The notes beneath the pieces are model-generated. The model did not search any database and was not told where the DNA came from. It worked only from the letters and a program-made list of their open reading frames with translations. DNA of 64,000 nt from Podarcis liolepis (lineage: Eukaryota): assembly GCA_965112155.1 (NCBI GenBank), contig OZ218112.1. One strand, given 5' to 3'. Positions 1-14,135 of the stretch are shown piece by piece. Each line of letters starts with the position of its first letter. Position 1 is the stretch's first letter. The position numbers and the translations under genes were made by a program.

Positions 1-1435
1 ATATGTCCAAATGAGATAGATACCTCCAAATATTTTTTTTAAAAAATGCAGTAAAATCTTCAGACCATTGAGTAAAGTATGGTGGGTGTTTAGCCTTCAA
101 ACCTTGAAGTAGAAGTCTATTTTTAACCGCAAGGACTCGCTTTTGTTAGTGAGTCCCCAGACCCACTATTGTATGATGAGCGACTTTTTAGCTATTTAAA
201 TCCAAGAATGAGGCCTCTTGTTGAAATATGCTGGTGTCTATGGCATCAGTAACAACTAAAATGAAGTCCAGACCACACACCCCAAAATTTACTAAAGGGC
301 AAAGCCAATTGGTGGAGGACAAGTGCTCCTTATGAAATTAGTTTTTAAGATCTACCAGATGTTAACAAAGAGAAAAAGAGTGGAAGGAGCTGCTTTTATA
401 TCTGCTGTACCGTGGTCTCCTGAGAGACAATGCAGACATTTGAAACTTACCTGGAATTTGATACCTTAACTCTTTGTCTTGCATCAGGATGGCTTTGACC
501 CTTTTTTGTTGCTTTTCCATGGGAGAAGTTGGCCCTTTGAGATGACTGTATCCTATAGCTGGAGTCCTAAATCAGAGGAAGTGAGCCAAGACCCCACAAA
601 TTATTTGCTTATTTATCAGGAACTCTTTATAATCTGCCCTTCACTCAAAGGTACTACTGTGGAACAATGAAATTAAACAAAATATATATGCAGTGCCACC
701 TTGTTCCTCCCAAAGGTAGCTGAGGGTCAGCTGTGGACATCACTGGTGGATCAACATTAACTATGCTTCTTTCCAGGTGTCAAAAAGACTATGAACATCT
801 GAATGCCATCCATCCAGATTCACTACAATGGCAGGATCCAACATGCCAACCCACATTCAGAACCTACATTCTTAGATACTTTCTCCCAAATATTCTAGTT
901 TTGTTTGGTTTTCTGATGTTTTCACAGGAGATTGGAACAGAGCTCAGTTCCCCGACCAAGGCTGCAGTCATAAAAGGCAGGTTTACACTGGCTGGTTGTA
1001 TAGTTCCAGCTGATAGTGAAAGCTAGTTTGCATTCTTTTGTTGGTGAATTACTGGTGTCGATGGTGACAACAGATTTCCAGCTGCTGTGGCATTTTCTAC
1101 AGAGATGCCTCTGCATCTTCTTTTATGTTTCTTAATTCTTCAACACACTGAGGACTTGCTTCTAGAACTTGTTGAGAGTGACTACTGAGAAAAGATGCAT
1201 ATGGTCGCAATACAAAATGTACTTTACTCTTTGCCGTACTGGTGAGGGTCTTGAAAATTGTAATTATGACGATGATCTCAATGCAAATCAGCTAGGTATC
1301 GTTTGCCAGTGAGATTCTTCCTGGCCCACTGCTTGACACAATAAATAAACAACAAATAAATTCCATTATCCTTGGTCAGTGGGCATTTTGGCTAGGGCTG
1401 TTGGGAGTTAGAATCCAATGACATATGGAGTCCCT

Positions 1436-1815
1436 AATAATAATAATAATAATAATAATTTATTATTTATACCCCGCCCACCTGGCTGAGCCTCCCCAGC
1501 CACTCTGGGTGGCTTTCAACAAAATATTAAAATACAATAATGCATCAAACATTAAAAACTTCCCTAAACAGGGCTGCCTTCAGATGTCTTCTAAAAGTCT
1601 GGTAGTTGTTTTTCTCTTTGACATCTGGTGGGAGGGCATTCCACAGGGAGGGTGACACTACTGAGAAGGCCCTCTGCCTAGTTCCCTGTAACTTGGCTTC
1701 TCGCAGGGAGGGAACCGCCAGAAGGCCCTTGGCACTGGATCTCAGTGGCCGGGTAGAGTGGCCGGGGGGGGGGGGGAGACGCTCCTTCAGATATACTGGA
1801 ATGAGGCCGTTTAGG
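1436..1815 (-). mobile_element. L2 3' fragment
   Basis: Same 3' end as the 23439-26825 L2 (ccccagccactctggg, aaggccctctgcct, ggaaccgccagaaggccc) with a (TAA)n tail at 1436-1458. Confidence 0.85.
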
Positions 1816-2287
1816 TTTCCTATGAGAGAAGTTTATAAAATTATGCATGGCATGGAGACAGTGGATAGAGAAATGGTTTTCTCCCCCTCATAATTCTAGA
1901 ATTCATGGGCACTCAATGAAGCTGAATGCCGGAAGATTCAGGACAGACAAAAGAAAGTACTTCTTCATGCAACACATAATTAAACTATGGAACTCACTCC
2001 CACAAGAGGCAATGGTGGCCATCAACTAGCATGGTTTTAAAAGAGGATTAGACAAATTCATGAAGGCTATCAACAATTACTAGCTGGGATCACTATGTTC
2101 TGCCTCCACTGTTGAGGCATAATGCCTCTGAATACCAATTGCTGGGAATCACAGTTGGGGTGCATGCCATTGCACTCGTGTCCAGTTTGCAGGCTTCCTA
2201 CAGGCATCTGGTCAGCCACTGTGAGACAAGAATGCTGGACTAGATGGGTCATTGGCCTGATTGAGCAGGCTCATCTTAGGTTCTTAA
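1816..2287 (+). mobile_element. CR1 LINE 3' fragment with 3' UTR
   Basis: EVYKIMHGME..DRE and GHSMKL..GRFRTDKRKYFF..HIIKLWNSLP are CR1 ORF2 C-terminal motifs; UTR ends in a degenerate ttcttatg-type repeat. Confidence 0.85.
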
Positions 2288-3339
2288 TTTGTGGTTTGTG
2301 ACTGGTTAACTTTTAATCAACCTCACAGTGATGGAACATCATGATAAGCAATGTGTGCTGTGTGGTGCATGAATTCATTTTGTATACACTGACTGTTGTG
2401 TATGCAAAGGGTATGCAAAAGTCTATGAGGGTTGGTACAGACTAGGAATGAAGCAACCAAACCAAAGCAAGACCCTGATATGCTTGTGCCAGGAATCAAA
2501 GTCTGACAGCTCGGGAGATTCCCAAAGATTTAATGGTTTCCTGCAAATGTAGCTGCTTTACATATATATCTTTTAAAAATAAAATAAAAAAGCTTTCTTT
2601 TTAGAACAGATTCAGCCTTGTCGGCTGGTAAGAAAAGCTTTACAGTGCAAGCTGTGATCTATCTGTGTCCCTGGAGCCACAGGGGGCAGAACCACAAAGA
2701 AATGGGTGAGCCTCTAACATTCACACTGAAAAGAAGGGCCTATTTTATACTCCAAGGCCTAATTATGAACAGTTTAAGAGCTAACGTTCTTTTTATCCCT
2801 TTCACTATTGATTAGCATTGGCACAGAATGCAAGCTGGCACGATTGGAAGCTGTGATCAAGGGCAGCAGTGCTCATGTGATGATTCTGCAGTGTGAGGGC
2901 ACCGGTTGCCTGGAAATTCCTCGGGATTCTGGCTTGTGCTGATTTTGGACATCTGATTCTTATAGGGCATGATAAGCCATGATGCCAGACAGGCAGAAAT
3001 ATATTGTGTAAGCTGCTTCAGTTATTCTACAGACCGCTCCTGAAGAAGGAACCTTGTGTTCCAAAGCACACTGAACTGTAATAAATCTTCTGAGAACAAA
3101 TTTCTCCTTCCTGCACTCTTTCTTTCCTTTTTGCTGGGTAGAAATGCTTCTCAAGTTGTCACCAGCCCTCTTTGCCTGAGGAGCATGTCATTTCCAAGGA
3201 AGCTGAATGCTGGAAAATTCAGGTGAACTAAAGAAACTACTTCTTCAAGCAGTGCATTCCCATAAGAGGTACCAACCTCAGATGAATTCATGAAAAATGC
3301 TATTAGTGGGCACAAGTCATGAAGAGGTGTCTTTGCATA

Positions 3340-3493
3340 CCAGTCATTGGGAATCACAAATAGAGAAAGTGCTGTTGCATTCAGGTCTTGCTTGTGAGTT
3401 TCTCATGGCCATCTGGTTGGCCACTGTGAGAACAAGATGCTGGACTAGATGGTCCATTGGCCTGATCTAGCAGAGCTTTGCTTATGTTCTTAT
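3340..3493 (+). mobile_element. CR1 3' UTR fragment
   Basis: ggccactgtgagaacaagatgctggactagatgg...cttatgttcttatg, homologous to 2140-2287. Confidence 0.7.
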
Positions 3494-5621
3494 GGTATGC
3501 TTCTTAAGACTTCCAACCATGTTCTTGTTAACCCTGAGCCTATTTTCCATCCTAGCTGTTCCTTGCCTCCTTGCAACCTCAGCCTACCTTAGTCCCTTTG
3601 GCTGTGTCCTGCTCCTTACTACCCTTGCCCTAGGGCAGATCTTCAGCCAACCCTTTCCGCTCTCCCTTGCCACCATTTCTTGCCAGCTTCAGGCAAATCC
3701 CAGTGACTGAATCTCCGTTCATTGGGGATTCAACACATATGGCATAGGCTCCTTTATTGAACTTTCCCCATGCTAGCTATCTCTCTATCTTGAGTTGGTG
3801 ATTTATTAATTATCTGAAGTCTCGATCCTGTGGCCACATCTATCTAGGGCTATGGACCGGGTCTCCTATGACCCAGTGAGTGTTGGATGTGTGCACTATT
3901 ATGAAGAAAAAACTGCCAAAAATGGGTGTTGAAAACTTAATGGTGCCTGAGTACCACCCATTAAGTATTCTTGATGCACACTTGTACCTGTGCAGTGTTT
4001 CCAGCACTGCTTGGATGATCTTTAAGATTTGTCAGTTGTTGAGTCAGTGCTTGGTCTGTTTGGTTTCATCCAGTGGAAGCTCCAATGATCAAGATACACC
4101 CCTTGTACTCATTGTACATTCAGAATATGCTGATCTTTTAGTTCCGATCTCCAGCTCACATGAAGCTTAGTAAATTCACATTTACACATATATATACCAT
4201 CACCTGTGTTCCCCTGCTTTCAGCAATCTAGATCATAAAGCTCCTTGGGGCAGCAATCCCCCCTCCCGGCTTATTTTGACCTCCAAAGCAACATTGATGA
4301 CAACAATGGATAATAATATAAATATACAAAAATGATGACTACGGTGCACTCATCTTGCAATTAAACTCAGCCATTCGGGTTTTGAGTTTTGGACAGGCCA
4401 ACAAAATGCAGTGAAACTGCTGATTGTTTTGACAACTTTGCCACTTCTTTGAAAGAACTTTGCACTGATTTATATTTACAGAGCTATTCATTTTGCCCTG
4501 GCAGTTACACAATGCAGCTATTATGAGGATATGAAATGATGCCCTGAGTTATACCTTCCTTGCATGCCGAAAATAACAAGCTTTCTTCTTATGACTCTTT
4601 TTAGTGGCGGATGAATTTGAGAGCCATTCATCACTCGAGAGTACTTTAGGATGCTTAAAAGGAAAGGATAATAGGGTATTTCTGCTTTAAGAATCAAAAG
4701 ATTACTATTATGCTTTCAAAAACAGGCAGAGTTAAGAAAAGGAGTAATTTTGCACTGATAAAGAACAAACTCAAAAAGCAGTGGCTTGCTGGCATGGACA
4801 AATGTCTGCTGCATAGACCAAGGGGCAAAAAAAAAATCCACTTTATTAAAAATTAAGTACCCATAGTCATTCTCCAGGGGTGGCTAAAAACTAACACAAC
4901 TGGTGGGACCGTAGGCAGAGCATCTAATGGGGGGCAGAGACAGTCATCTGACTCTGATTACCCCCCCACCCCCCCATCCTTTTCCCTTGCAAAAATGCAA
5001 TGGACAGCTAAGTTATTCTCAGACACAAGCATCAGATATTTAAGACACAGCTACTGAAGAGAAACGTTGGACACTCTAGAATTTATTACAGCTCCAGGAG
5101 TTGTCATCAGATACCTAGATATGCTTGTGTTTCCTACACCCACCCCAAGTTCTTGTTATAATAAGAGAGATGAAAAGAAAAGACACCAGGACCATGAGGA
5201 ATTTATAAATATGGTTCTATGAGTTACAGGGCTGCTGTGCTATTTCTTTGGAACTTAGGGTTCAGGAAAAACAGCAGCAGCAGCAACAACAACAACAACA
5301 ACCACAACAATAGGGTTCTATAGATCAGTTTCTGCTGTGCTTTCCTTCTATGTCTTAGACATCATTTATTAGGTTCCACCAGTATTCAATGGTCTTCTGT
5401 TATAGCCTGCCAATCTTAGGGCCACCCTTAACCCTAAACTACAACACAGTGCTACTTCCTCTCTCCCCCCCCAAATCATATGTTACCATCTTGTTCATTG
5501 TTTGTTTTCTCTGTCTTTTTTATTATCAATATTTTATTAAAAGAATTTCAGTTATGGTGATGAAAGAGAAGGAAAGGGGGGGGGGAGTGAAAAAAAACCT
5601 ACATTAATAAAGAAAGATATA

Positions 5622-5860
5622 GTAAAGGATCCTTGGACGGTTAAGTCCAACTGAATTTGAATATGGGGTACAGCACTCATCTCCGCTTTCAGGATGAGGG
5701 AGCCGGCGTTTGTCCACAGACAGTTTTCCGGCCAACATGACTAAACCACTTCTGGTGCAATGGGACACCGTAACGATTTACCTTCCCACAGCAGCGGTAC
5801 CTATTTATCTACTTACACTGCTGTGCTTCCGAACTGCTAGGTTGGCAGGAGCTGGGACAG
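5622..5860 (-). mobile_element. Sauria SINE, degenerate partial copy
   Basis: gcggtacctatttatctactt...cgaactgctaggttggcaggagctgggac is the reverse complement of the core of the + strand Sauria SINEs. Confidence 0.8.
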
Positions 5861-7240
5861 ATGGCAGGTGGCAGATTTAGATTAGCAGCCATTGCAGAAG
5901 TTGAGACAGAAGATTGTGTAAGTAATGCATTATGGATTTTTTTTCTTTTTTTCATTTCCTCCAAACCTCTTCAGCTATATTAGGCGACTCTGGTTCCAGT
6001 ACACTTGAGTTTTATGAAATCCCTCTAATAATCTTTGTAAGTCTCTGTTGTGTTCCCCCCCCCCCCACTTTTTCATATATGAAAAAGCCAACAAATGCTT
6101 TGGCCTTTTCTAATGGATCAAGGGCCCCAACAGCAAAAGTAAAGAATATAGGGAGCTGCCTTAAATGGAGTCAGGCCAACATTCCATTAAACTCAGTTTG
6201 GCCAATGCATTGGCAGTGACTCTCCAGAGAACACTCACAGTCCTGCCTGGAGTTGCCAGGGGATGTACATTCTGCATGCAGAGCAAATGTCTTACAACTG
6301 AGTTATGGCCTTTGCCTTAGATTTAGGGCTTCAAAAGTGCTCAAAACGTGGCATAATCCTGGTTTCCCTTTCTGGTTCTAAGATAAGAAGTGAAAAAGAC
6401 AGTGATGCCTTTCCTTGAGAATCTGCTATACTTCAGCATCCTCAGTAACCATTATTGTTGCCTTTCTGAAATCTGATGGGGAAGAGAGAGGGGGGGGAAA
6501 CAACTCTGGCAATCTTTTTATTTTTTATTTTGTTAAAGCTAACCCTAAAAAGGTTGCTATTCCTCATGCTGTCACTTAGCTAATGGTGTGTATATTCGCT
6601 TCCAATGCTCTTCAGTCACCTACTTCTCTTAGTGTTGAATTCTCCAGAGAGATCCTCAGCAGATGGCTGTTGGGCTGCTGTTTCTCTGTTCTTATCATCT
6701 GCAATCTGTTGCTCTCAATCAGAATCTTCAAGCAAAATATATGTGTCACTCCCCCCAATAGCAAACCAGGGTGGTGAGTGCCAATAGAAATTGAGGGGAA
6801 ATGGGGCCACGGAATAAAAAGAGGGAAGTAAAGGCATGCTTGAGGGAACCCTGAAATATGAAAAATGCCTAAGGAGTCACCCCAAAACCCCCACAGCATA
6901 ATTAGGAATGTGCATGATTAGCAATCATCAAATGCTGGGTGTCATTTGGGGAAAATGAAAAACTGAATGAGGGGGAGGTATCCTGCTTCAGCTCCCTGTT
7001 GTATCTTGAAGCAGGTCACAGCTAGCTTTCAGAACTTACTCATGATAGGCAGGGCCAGCCCAAGACATCTTAGCACCTGAAGCGAACCACAAAATGGCGC
7101 TCTTGCATCAGGGAGGAAGGGGTGAGTGAATATCTTCATCAGGAACAAAGGAGAAATAAAGAGGAATGGGGTGGGGTGGGAGAAGGAAACCAGCAGTGTT
7201 TCCTATTCACCAAGAGGCTGCTGTAGAGGTAGCTTGGGGT

Positions 7241-7666
7241 CAGGGCCGGATTTAGGTTTGATGAGGCCCTAAGCTACTGAAGGTAATGGGGCCCTTTATA
7301 TGTCCAGCTGACCTTTGTTAACAACAAATTGTCACTGTTTTTTGTGTATGGTAATTTATCGACTTAATAGGCCATTTCATTTGTTTTTTATCTTATATTT
7401 TGGAAATGTACATCCACTTTTTGTCCTTTAAGAAGAAGAAGAGTTTGGATTTGATATTCCACTTTATCACAGAGAAGTGTGACTAGCCCAAGGTCACCAA
7501 GCAGCTGCATGTGGAGAAGCGGGGAAGCGAACCCAGTTCACCAGATTACGAGTCCACTCCTCTTAACCACTACACAACACTCTCTCTCTTTAAATTTTTT
7601 GGAGGCCCCCAAGAGAGTGGGGCCCTAAGCTATAGCTTGTTTAGCTTATATGTAAATCTGGCACTG
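7241..7666. mobile_element. hAT MITE (nested)
   Basis: TIRs CAGGGCCGGATTTA / TAAATCTGGCACTG; TSD CTTGGGGT / CTGGGGGT. Confidence 0.75.
7430..7590 (-). mobile_element. Squam3-like tRNA-derived SINE, internally deleted
   Basis: Homologous to 51282-51530; (CTT)n tail; lies inside the hAT MITE. Confidence 0.75.
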
Positions 7667-7846
7667 CTGGGGGTGCAGGCAGCAGATCCAACCTCCAAGG
7701 AGCACACCACAGCCATTGCTGTTATTGCAGCAGCAGTATCAGTGGGCAATGCATTCCTTGGAAGCCAGATCTGCTGCCCCTGTGGATTCTGCCACCAGAG
7801 ACAATCACCTCACAGGTGGGCTAACCCTCCTGATAGTAGGTGAGGA

Positions 7847-8024
7847 CATGGGAGCCAGCTCCTAGGGGCCGAGGGATCTTCGTCCCCCAATAAAATATTT
7901 GAGGGGATGCCACCCCTAAGTTGATGGGCATTGCCATTCAAATGGTGTCCATGTGCCACATCATGTGATTAATTATTCAGGGCAGGGCAGGGCTTACTTG
8001 GCCACCCCCAAGTTTGCACCCCAG
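7847..8024. mobile_element. hAT MITE
   Basis: Perfect 8-bp TSD GGTGAGGA at 7839-46 and 8025-32; decayed TIRs. Confidence 0.65.
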
Positions 8025-8865
8025 GGTGAGGATAAGCTGCAGCATTTTCTCATTTGTTCCTTTCCTGCCATGTTAGAAGTAACTTGAGGAAGTGGCCGAA
8101 AATGGGTTCTCGTGTTTCAATTCTTAATTGCCCTGGCTAAAGCTGGATCCAGAATTATGAAATAGATCACAGCAAGGCAGGGACCAGACTTGGACCTCTA
8201 CCCTGCACAGAGGCTTTGAAAAAGGTGGAATTATTAGTCAAAAACACAATTGTAGGAATGATTGGATAATTATAGAACTGCTTGATCTAAACAGGATTCA
8301 AATATTCTCGCCTGCAGTCTTGTGCATTAGGAAATGATTGCAGAGCAATCTATGGATGAAAGGTCCATTCGTATGCCTCTGCTCCTGGAAGCCAGGTCAT
8401 CCTTTTGTTTCTGATGAGAAATGGGGGAATTAATTTGAGCATTGGCCATGTCTGTGCATTCTTCTTCCTAATGTTCTATTAATATTTTTCTAAGCACTGC
8501 TTAATGCCAGGATTGGCTTCTAAATGGTTTACAAGTATCACAATGGATGACATACACATTAAAATAAGCATCTATAATTAAAATACACAATAAAATAATC
8601 CCATTAAAATATAAACATCCATAATTAAAATATGCAATGGAGTGATCCCATCAAAACAATGATGTAATTAAAACTGCATACTTGGGTCAAGAGATCAAGG
8701 GAATGCCTGTGTATATAGATGCATCTTCTAAAACAAGTGGAATACCAATGAAAAATAGGGGGCTGTCTTAATTAAGCAGGGAATGAATTCCATAATTATG
8801 GCACCACCAATGAAAAAGCCTAATGGGTCCATGCACCTCTCTACTGTGGGTGGTATTGCCAACAT

Positions 8866-8866
<1 letters not shown>

Positions 8867-8906
<40 letters not shown>

Positions 8907-8907
8907 T
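8867..8907. repeat. (CTA)n microsatellite
   Basis: Direct reading. Confidence 0.95.
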
Positions 8908-11900
8908 ACATGTTGCTCCTTTAGTCTTCATAAAGTTCTGTCAACCGGTTCAGAAATAGAGCTGGGGATGGGGAATTCAGTTCGGTTTGTCTGATAGGCA
9001 AACTTACATTTTCTGCAACAATATGCTAACTGAATTCACACTTCTTCAGATTTTACATCTCAATACTCCAGCCAAGTAATCTGTACAAAAATGCAATTAT
9101 TAGTGAAAGCAGCAAACAAAATGTGCTATATTAGAGGAAATTGCTTTACAAAAATATGTATATTAGGCAAACATGCATGCTAGGAAAAAAAATCACACTA
9201 AAATGCTGAATGATTTCCATGAGAACTTTTTGTAAAAAAAAAAAATCCAAACTAATGTGGGAATGTGGAGAACATTAAACCAGAAAAGTCAGAAACTAAA
9301 ATCAACAGATTTGCCCATCCCTACCCAAAGGTTTACTTTAGTAAATACAACTGGGATTTATGTGTTTGTGTCCATTGGTAACTGTACCTTCCAAATACAA
9401 TAATGAGAGGAAGAGAGAAAACTGAAATAAAGAAAACCGATACATTGGTCAATTCCACACATTTTGCAGGAAGGAGCTGTTTTATGCCAGTGCTTTTTCC
9501 ATGTACCTGATCAGGCTCTGATTTCTAAATGCATGCACATGAAACACTACCAGTATAAAACACCTGTATTTACTGCAGCAATCATAATTTTCAGAGCTAC
9601 ACTAATCTCTTATCATTTCTGCAGGAGACCAAGGCTTCCATTGCATTAACAACAACCACCCTTGCCTATGAATCCTGCAGGAAAGAAAATGTGTTCTTAT
9701 ACACAGCAGGATGGGAAAGATCGACCGGGCGCTATAATAATTGCCAAATGTCAGTGAATCTTGTGATTGTCTCTGCTTAATCATTGCCAGGGTTTTCTCT
9801 GACCAGACTTACGCAGTATTAATACACAATTAGAATATCTACACACATTAATACACAAACATTAACATACACATTAATACACAAACAAAATACGTATCTG
9901 TGAGAGATATGAACTCCGACTGTTCATGAAATGGATGGCTTTAGAACGCAAAACAGTAGGTGTTCAGCCTCTCTTGAATTAAAACAACATGCAATTTTTC
10001 CTGTTCCACTATACTGTCATATTATTCCAGAAGCTAACCTACACTATATAGCAACAGATATTATTTTGTCATATTAAATACCAATGACTCATTTCATTGT
10101 TATTATTTATGTTTGCTGCAAAGGAAGCTAGAAAGGCAGATCACATCAAGGGACTACAAACTTTAAAAAGCGTGGCTACTGGAATTGTTTGTTTGTTTGT
10201 TTAATTAGAAAATGAATTTTTAGGAATTCCCTGGCAACCTAGGAAGTGAAATTACTCTTTCGGAGTTTGTGCCTTTATGGCAAATTTTCCACCCGGGAAA
10301 TGAATGCTGAGTAGGGATATAAGGAGGGAGCAATTTCCAACCCATCCTGTCTTTGCTGCAATAGGCTCTATTTCCATTCTTCCATTCCAATTCTATACAG
10401 TTCCATACAGTCTGACATGCTAAAGTCCCTTTTAATTAACTGCTATGGCCAAAACTAACATAATTAATTGTGTAATCAATTTTAATGGAAGGGAAGCATT
10501 TAAAATTATGCAGATAATAATGTAATTATTTACATAACATTTGCAGGCTAAAATAACGATAAGTAATACTGCTCCTATTCACTTCCATGATTTCTGTTTC
10601 TGTATGACGAGCTTGCAAATTGAAGCAATTTCCACTCCTATTCCTGTTTCTGAAAGAATTCCCCGACACCCCTAATTTCTAGTAAACATGTTTAGAGGCT
10701 GGGTTACAGAAACCAAGAATGGTTTTCTACATGTTCACCACTACAGTCTATTTTATTTCTTCTCCTGCCTTTTGATCCAGAAAGATTTTCAAGGTGGCTT
10801 ACATAAAAAAAACTATTTGATGCAATAACATGAGAGATCCTTGTATCCTCCGCAGCAAATGTCAGCTAGAAAGGTTATGTAAACTGACTCCACTCAAAAT
10901 ATTCTATGCAAGGTTATAGTGAAGTTCTGTGCCTGGTGCTCACATCCATGGAAGTTTATTTACACATGCCAAGGCATCACTTGTTGGTGCTGTCATCTTG
11001 TGCACCACTTGTGTCTCTGAACCAGTCCTTGCTGGGAGGAAGCTGAATCTGTTAACTGACTCTGTTGAAAAGCATTGTCTTTTATATGGCAAAATGGAAA
11101 GTCTGAGTTGTGGCATTAGATCTGCAGGGTACCATTCACATCGTGATAACTTGATTGATGCTGTCACCATAAATATGCATTGTTCCTTGGCTCTGGTTGA
11201 GTTGCTTCTGATGTTAACTATACTTGGAGTTTAATTATTGAAATTGAAAGACATGACTAACTTAAGCATATTAATTCCAATGAGTCTACTCTGAATAGGA
11301 TTTAGTTGACTACAACCAAACCTATTTTTCCTCCATGAATGGGATTAACTATGGTGGGGGTGAAGTAACAATTATTTTCTCTGTAGCTTCTTTGAGTTAT
11401 CTGGAACTGTATTTTCTCTATAAATTACCCCTTTGTTACTCCTTTATCTCTCTTTTTGAGCCTCATGAGACTTTCACAGCCCAAAGATAGCGACAGCTGC
11501 CAGCTCTTGCTTAGCAGTCATATTTCCGTGACTTGATCACAGGAAAAAGACAGGGCAAAGATGGATAGTGAGATAGATTTGCCCTCTTATTTGAACTTAC
11601 AAAAACATTAGGCACTGTTCTTATTTACCTTTTTCACAGGATTCCCTACTGTGCAAGAAAATGTCAGGTTCGCGCCCCCCCTTTCCCCCCTTAAACGCTT
11701 TTGATTCATCCTTAATGGTAACTTTTCCTGATGCAATTTCATTTCTGCTAGTCAAAGCTACGCAGAGTGGCAGATTGACTTCATTCTCAATTTTCCTAAG
11801 CCATAAACATAGAAAAAAACTTCAGAAAAGATTTATAACTTTCCTCCCCCATCAAACTCATTTTGATGCAATAACAAGAAAAGAAGCTGAGAGATGAGAA

Positions 11901-13417
11901 ACATGGCACTACAGAATAATAAAAAGGGATGGAGAAGGTATAAGGACAGCCCTGCTGGATCAGGCCTTGGGCCCATTTGGGTGCATTCAGATGTACAGAC
12001 CAATGCACTAGTTTTCCTGGTTATATTGCTGGCACTGCTGCCCTGGCTTATAACATACATTTCACTCTGCATTAGCTGCCATGTTATGGAACCATGGCTT
12101 TTTGATTAATATGCCAACATGTCAAGCTACATTTCGTTCAAACCAATGGGTGTGGTGTGATACAACAGCAGACATCACAAAACATGTCAAACCCCCCCCC
12201 CAACACATTACGTATGCTCATATATGCTTCTCTCCCCCCCCCCCACCTTGATAAATGTGCTGGGAAATAATTATATATGATTATCTGGGATAATGGGATT
12301 GCAAATGGTTTTTTTTTTTCCTGGGAGCAAATAACATGGAAATGAGTGCTAAATTTCACAAGATTCTCCTAGATTTTCAGAAGGTGTTTTGTTTTGTCTT
12401 GTCTTTTTACATCGTAGGAAAGATTACATGACTATTCAGGTAAGGAAATATCAGGAAGATGGAATGCAGCCCTATCAGCAGTCCGTGCTCACTGTAGCCA
12501 ACCAGATGCTAGTCACAACAAGCCCCAAAGTAGGACAGAATGCAAGAGCAGTCTCCCTATTTGTGATTTCCAGCAGCTGGTCTTAAGAGGTGTACAAGCT
12601 TGGACAGTGGAGGACCAGCATAGGCATTGTGGCTACTGGACACTGCTAGCCTTCTGCTCCATGAGTTTGTCTAACTCTCTTTAAAATCTGCTCAGGTTGG
12701 TGGTGGCCATGCTCAAACATGAAGCTGGGATGCAGTCAAAGGCTGCTTCCAGACCATCAAACTTTGGTGCAGATATTTTACACATTTGGGTACAGGCCAG
12801 GGTAGGTTCTTTCGCACCAATTAGTTGCTGATTAGTGAATTTGCTCCAAAGAAGTGCCACCTTTAGGCTGAGGTAGGAGGACATTGGGCAGCGTACTATA
12901 TTTGGGTCCCATCACCCACTTGCTGAGCCCAATTTCTATTGCCACTTAAAGGAGACAAGGCAAGAGAATGGAACAGGCTGAAACTGCTGCTTCCCCTTTT
13001 CACAGGTGCTCTCCCTCTACCAATAGGTGAGGTAGCAGCAGGACCAGAGGTCCATTCTGGTCAGCTGTGGGCACCCTGCTGATGCTTTGGCATTGGCAGC
13101 TGCCCAACAACAATGGGATCATGTGCTGTGCCCGGTCCAAAGGTTATTTTTAACCCCCCACCAAACACAGCCTCATTGCAGATTCTTTTTAAAAGGCTTC
13201 CATTCCTCTAGAAGCAACATGAAGCTGATATGAAGCTAGCTAAAATTGCTACTCAGGAATTCCACCATGGTAGAAATATGAGTTTCATAGGCACCCTTTA
13301 GGAGACAGGTGTAGCAGTGATTGTGAATATTTCTATTGGTGAATCTATTCCTAGTGAACTCTCAATAGTTTTATATGGTTTGCAGTTGATGCTAGTCCTA
13401 CTCAGAGTAGGGCATGG

Positions 13418-13688
13418 CAGGGGTGTACCAAGTGGGGGGCGAGGGAGTGGTCTGCCCCATGTGCCACTTAGGGGGTGACAAGATGGCACCTGCCTCCCCC
13501 CAGCTGTAGAGCAACCGAGGGCATGTGCAGTCCATATGGGTGCCACTCATGTGGCGTCCATATGGGCTGCCTCTCGCACAGCAATCATACGGGCTGCAGC
13601 GCATGCGCACTTCGTATGGGATGTCACACATGCGCACTCTGTACGGGCTGCCCCGCCCCAGGTGCTGGAGAGGGTTCCTCTGCCACTG
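13418..13688. mobile_element. hAT MITE with internal CCGTATG/CATACGG-type motif array (short copy)
   Basis: Ends CAGGGGTGTA / TCTGCCACTG; perfect TSD GGGCATGG (13410-17, 13689-96); homologous to 60610-61102. Confidence 0.85.
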
Positions 13689-13769
13689 GGGCATGGCTAA
13701 CTCTGATTCTTTAATCTCAGTGGGTCTTCTGTGAGTATGACTCAGTTGTATGCCTGTAAAGTCTTTGTC

Positions 13770-14135
13770 CCCCCTGCCTTCCCAGGGGCTTTTAAATCGC
13801 CCCGGACAGCGGAGAAGTCCTCCGCTGTCCCGGGGCGATTTTAAAATGCCGCCCGCCAGCATTTTAAGATCGCCCGGACAGCGGAGAAGTCCTCCGCTGT
13901 CCCGGGGTTTTTTAAAATGCTGGGGGTGGGAAGAAAAGCCCTTGTCCCCCCCCCAGCCTTCAGAAGAGGTGCGGGGACAGACTGTCCCCGGACCTGGTCT
14001 GAAGGCGGTTTCCCTAGGAACGCATTAATTGATTTTCAATGCATTCCTATGGGAAACCGTGCATCGCAAGACGAAAAACTCGCAAGACGAAGAGACTTGC
14101 GGAATGAATTAATTTCGTCTTGCGAGGCACCACTG
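13770..14135. mobile_element. Tc1/mariner (Tigger/pogo-like) MITE, right part, with two tandem GC-rich hairpins
   Basis: Right TIR gaggcaccactg followed by TA at 14136-37; unit ccggacagcggag-aagtc-ctccgctgtcc occurs twice at a ~72-bp period; left TIR not found. Confidence 0.7.

Larger units (their letters stand above)
7050..7832. mobile_element. Probable outer hAT MITE hosting nested insertions
   Basis: Starts CAGGGCCAGCCC, ends gggctaaccctcCTG; flanks ATGATAGG / ATAGTAGG (6/8 match). Decayed. Confidence 0.45.

Noticed and set aside
60-480. Possible ancient LINE endonuclease remnant on the minus strand (IVSQET-like and IVGLGD-like words)
   Set aside because: Too degenerate to support without a profile search.
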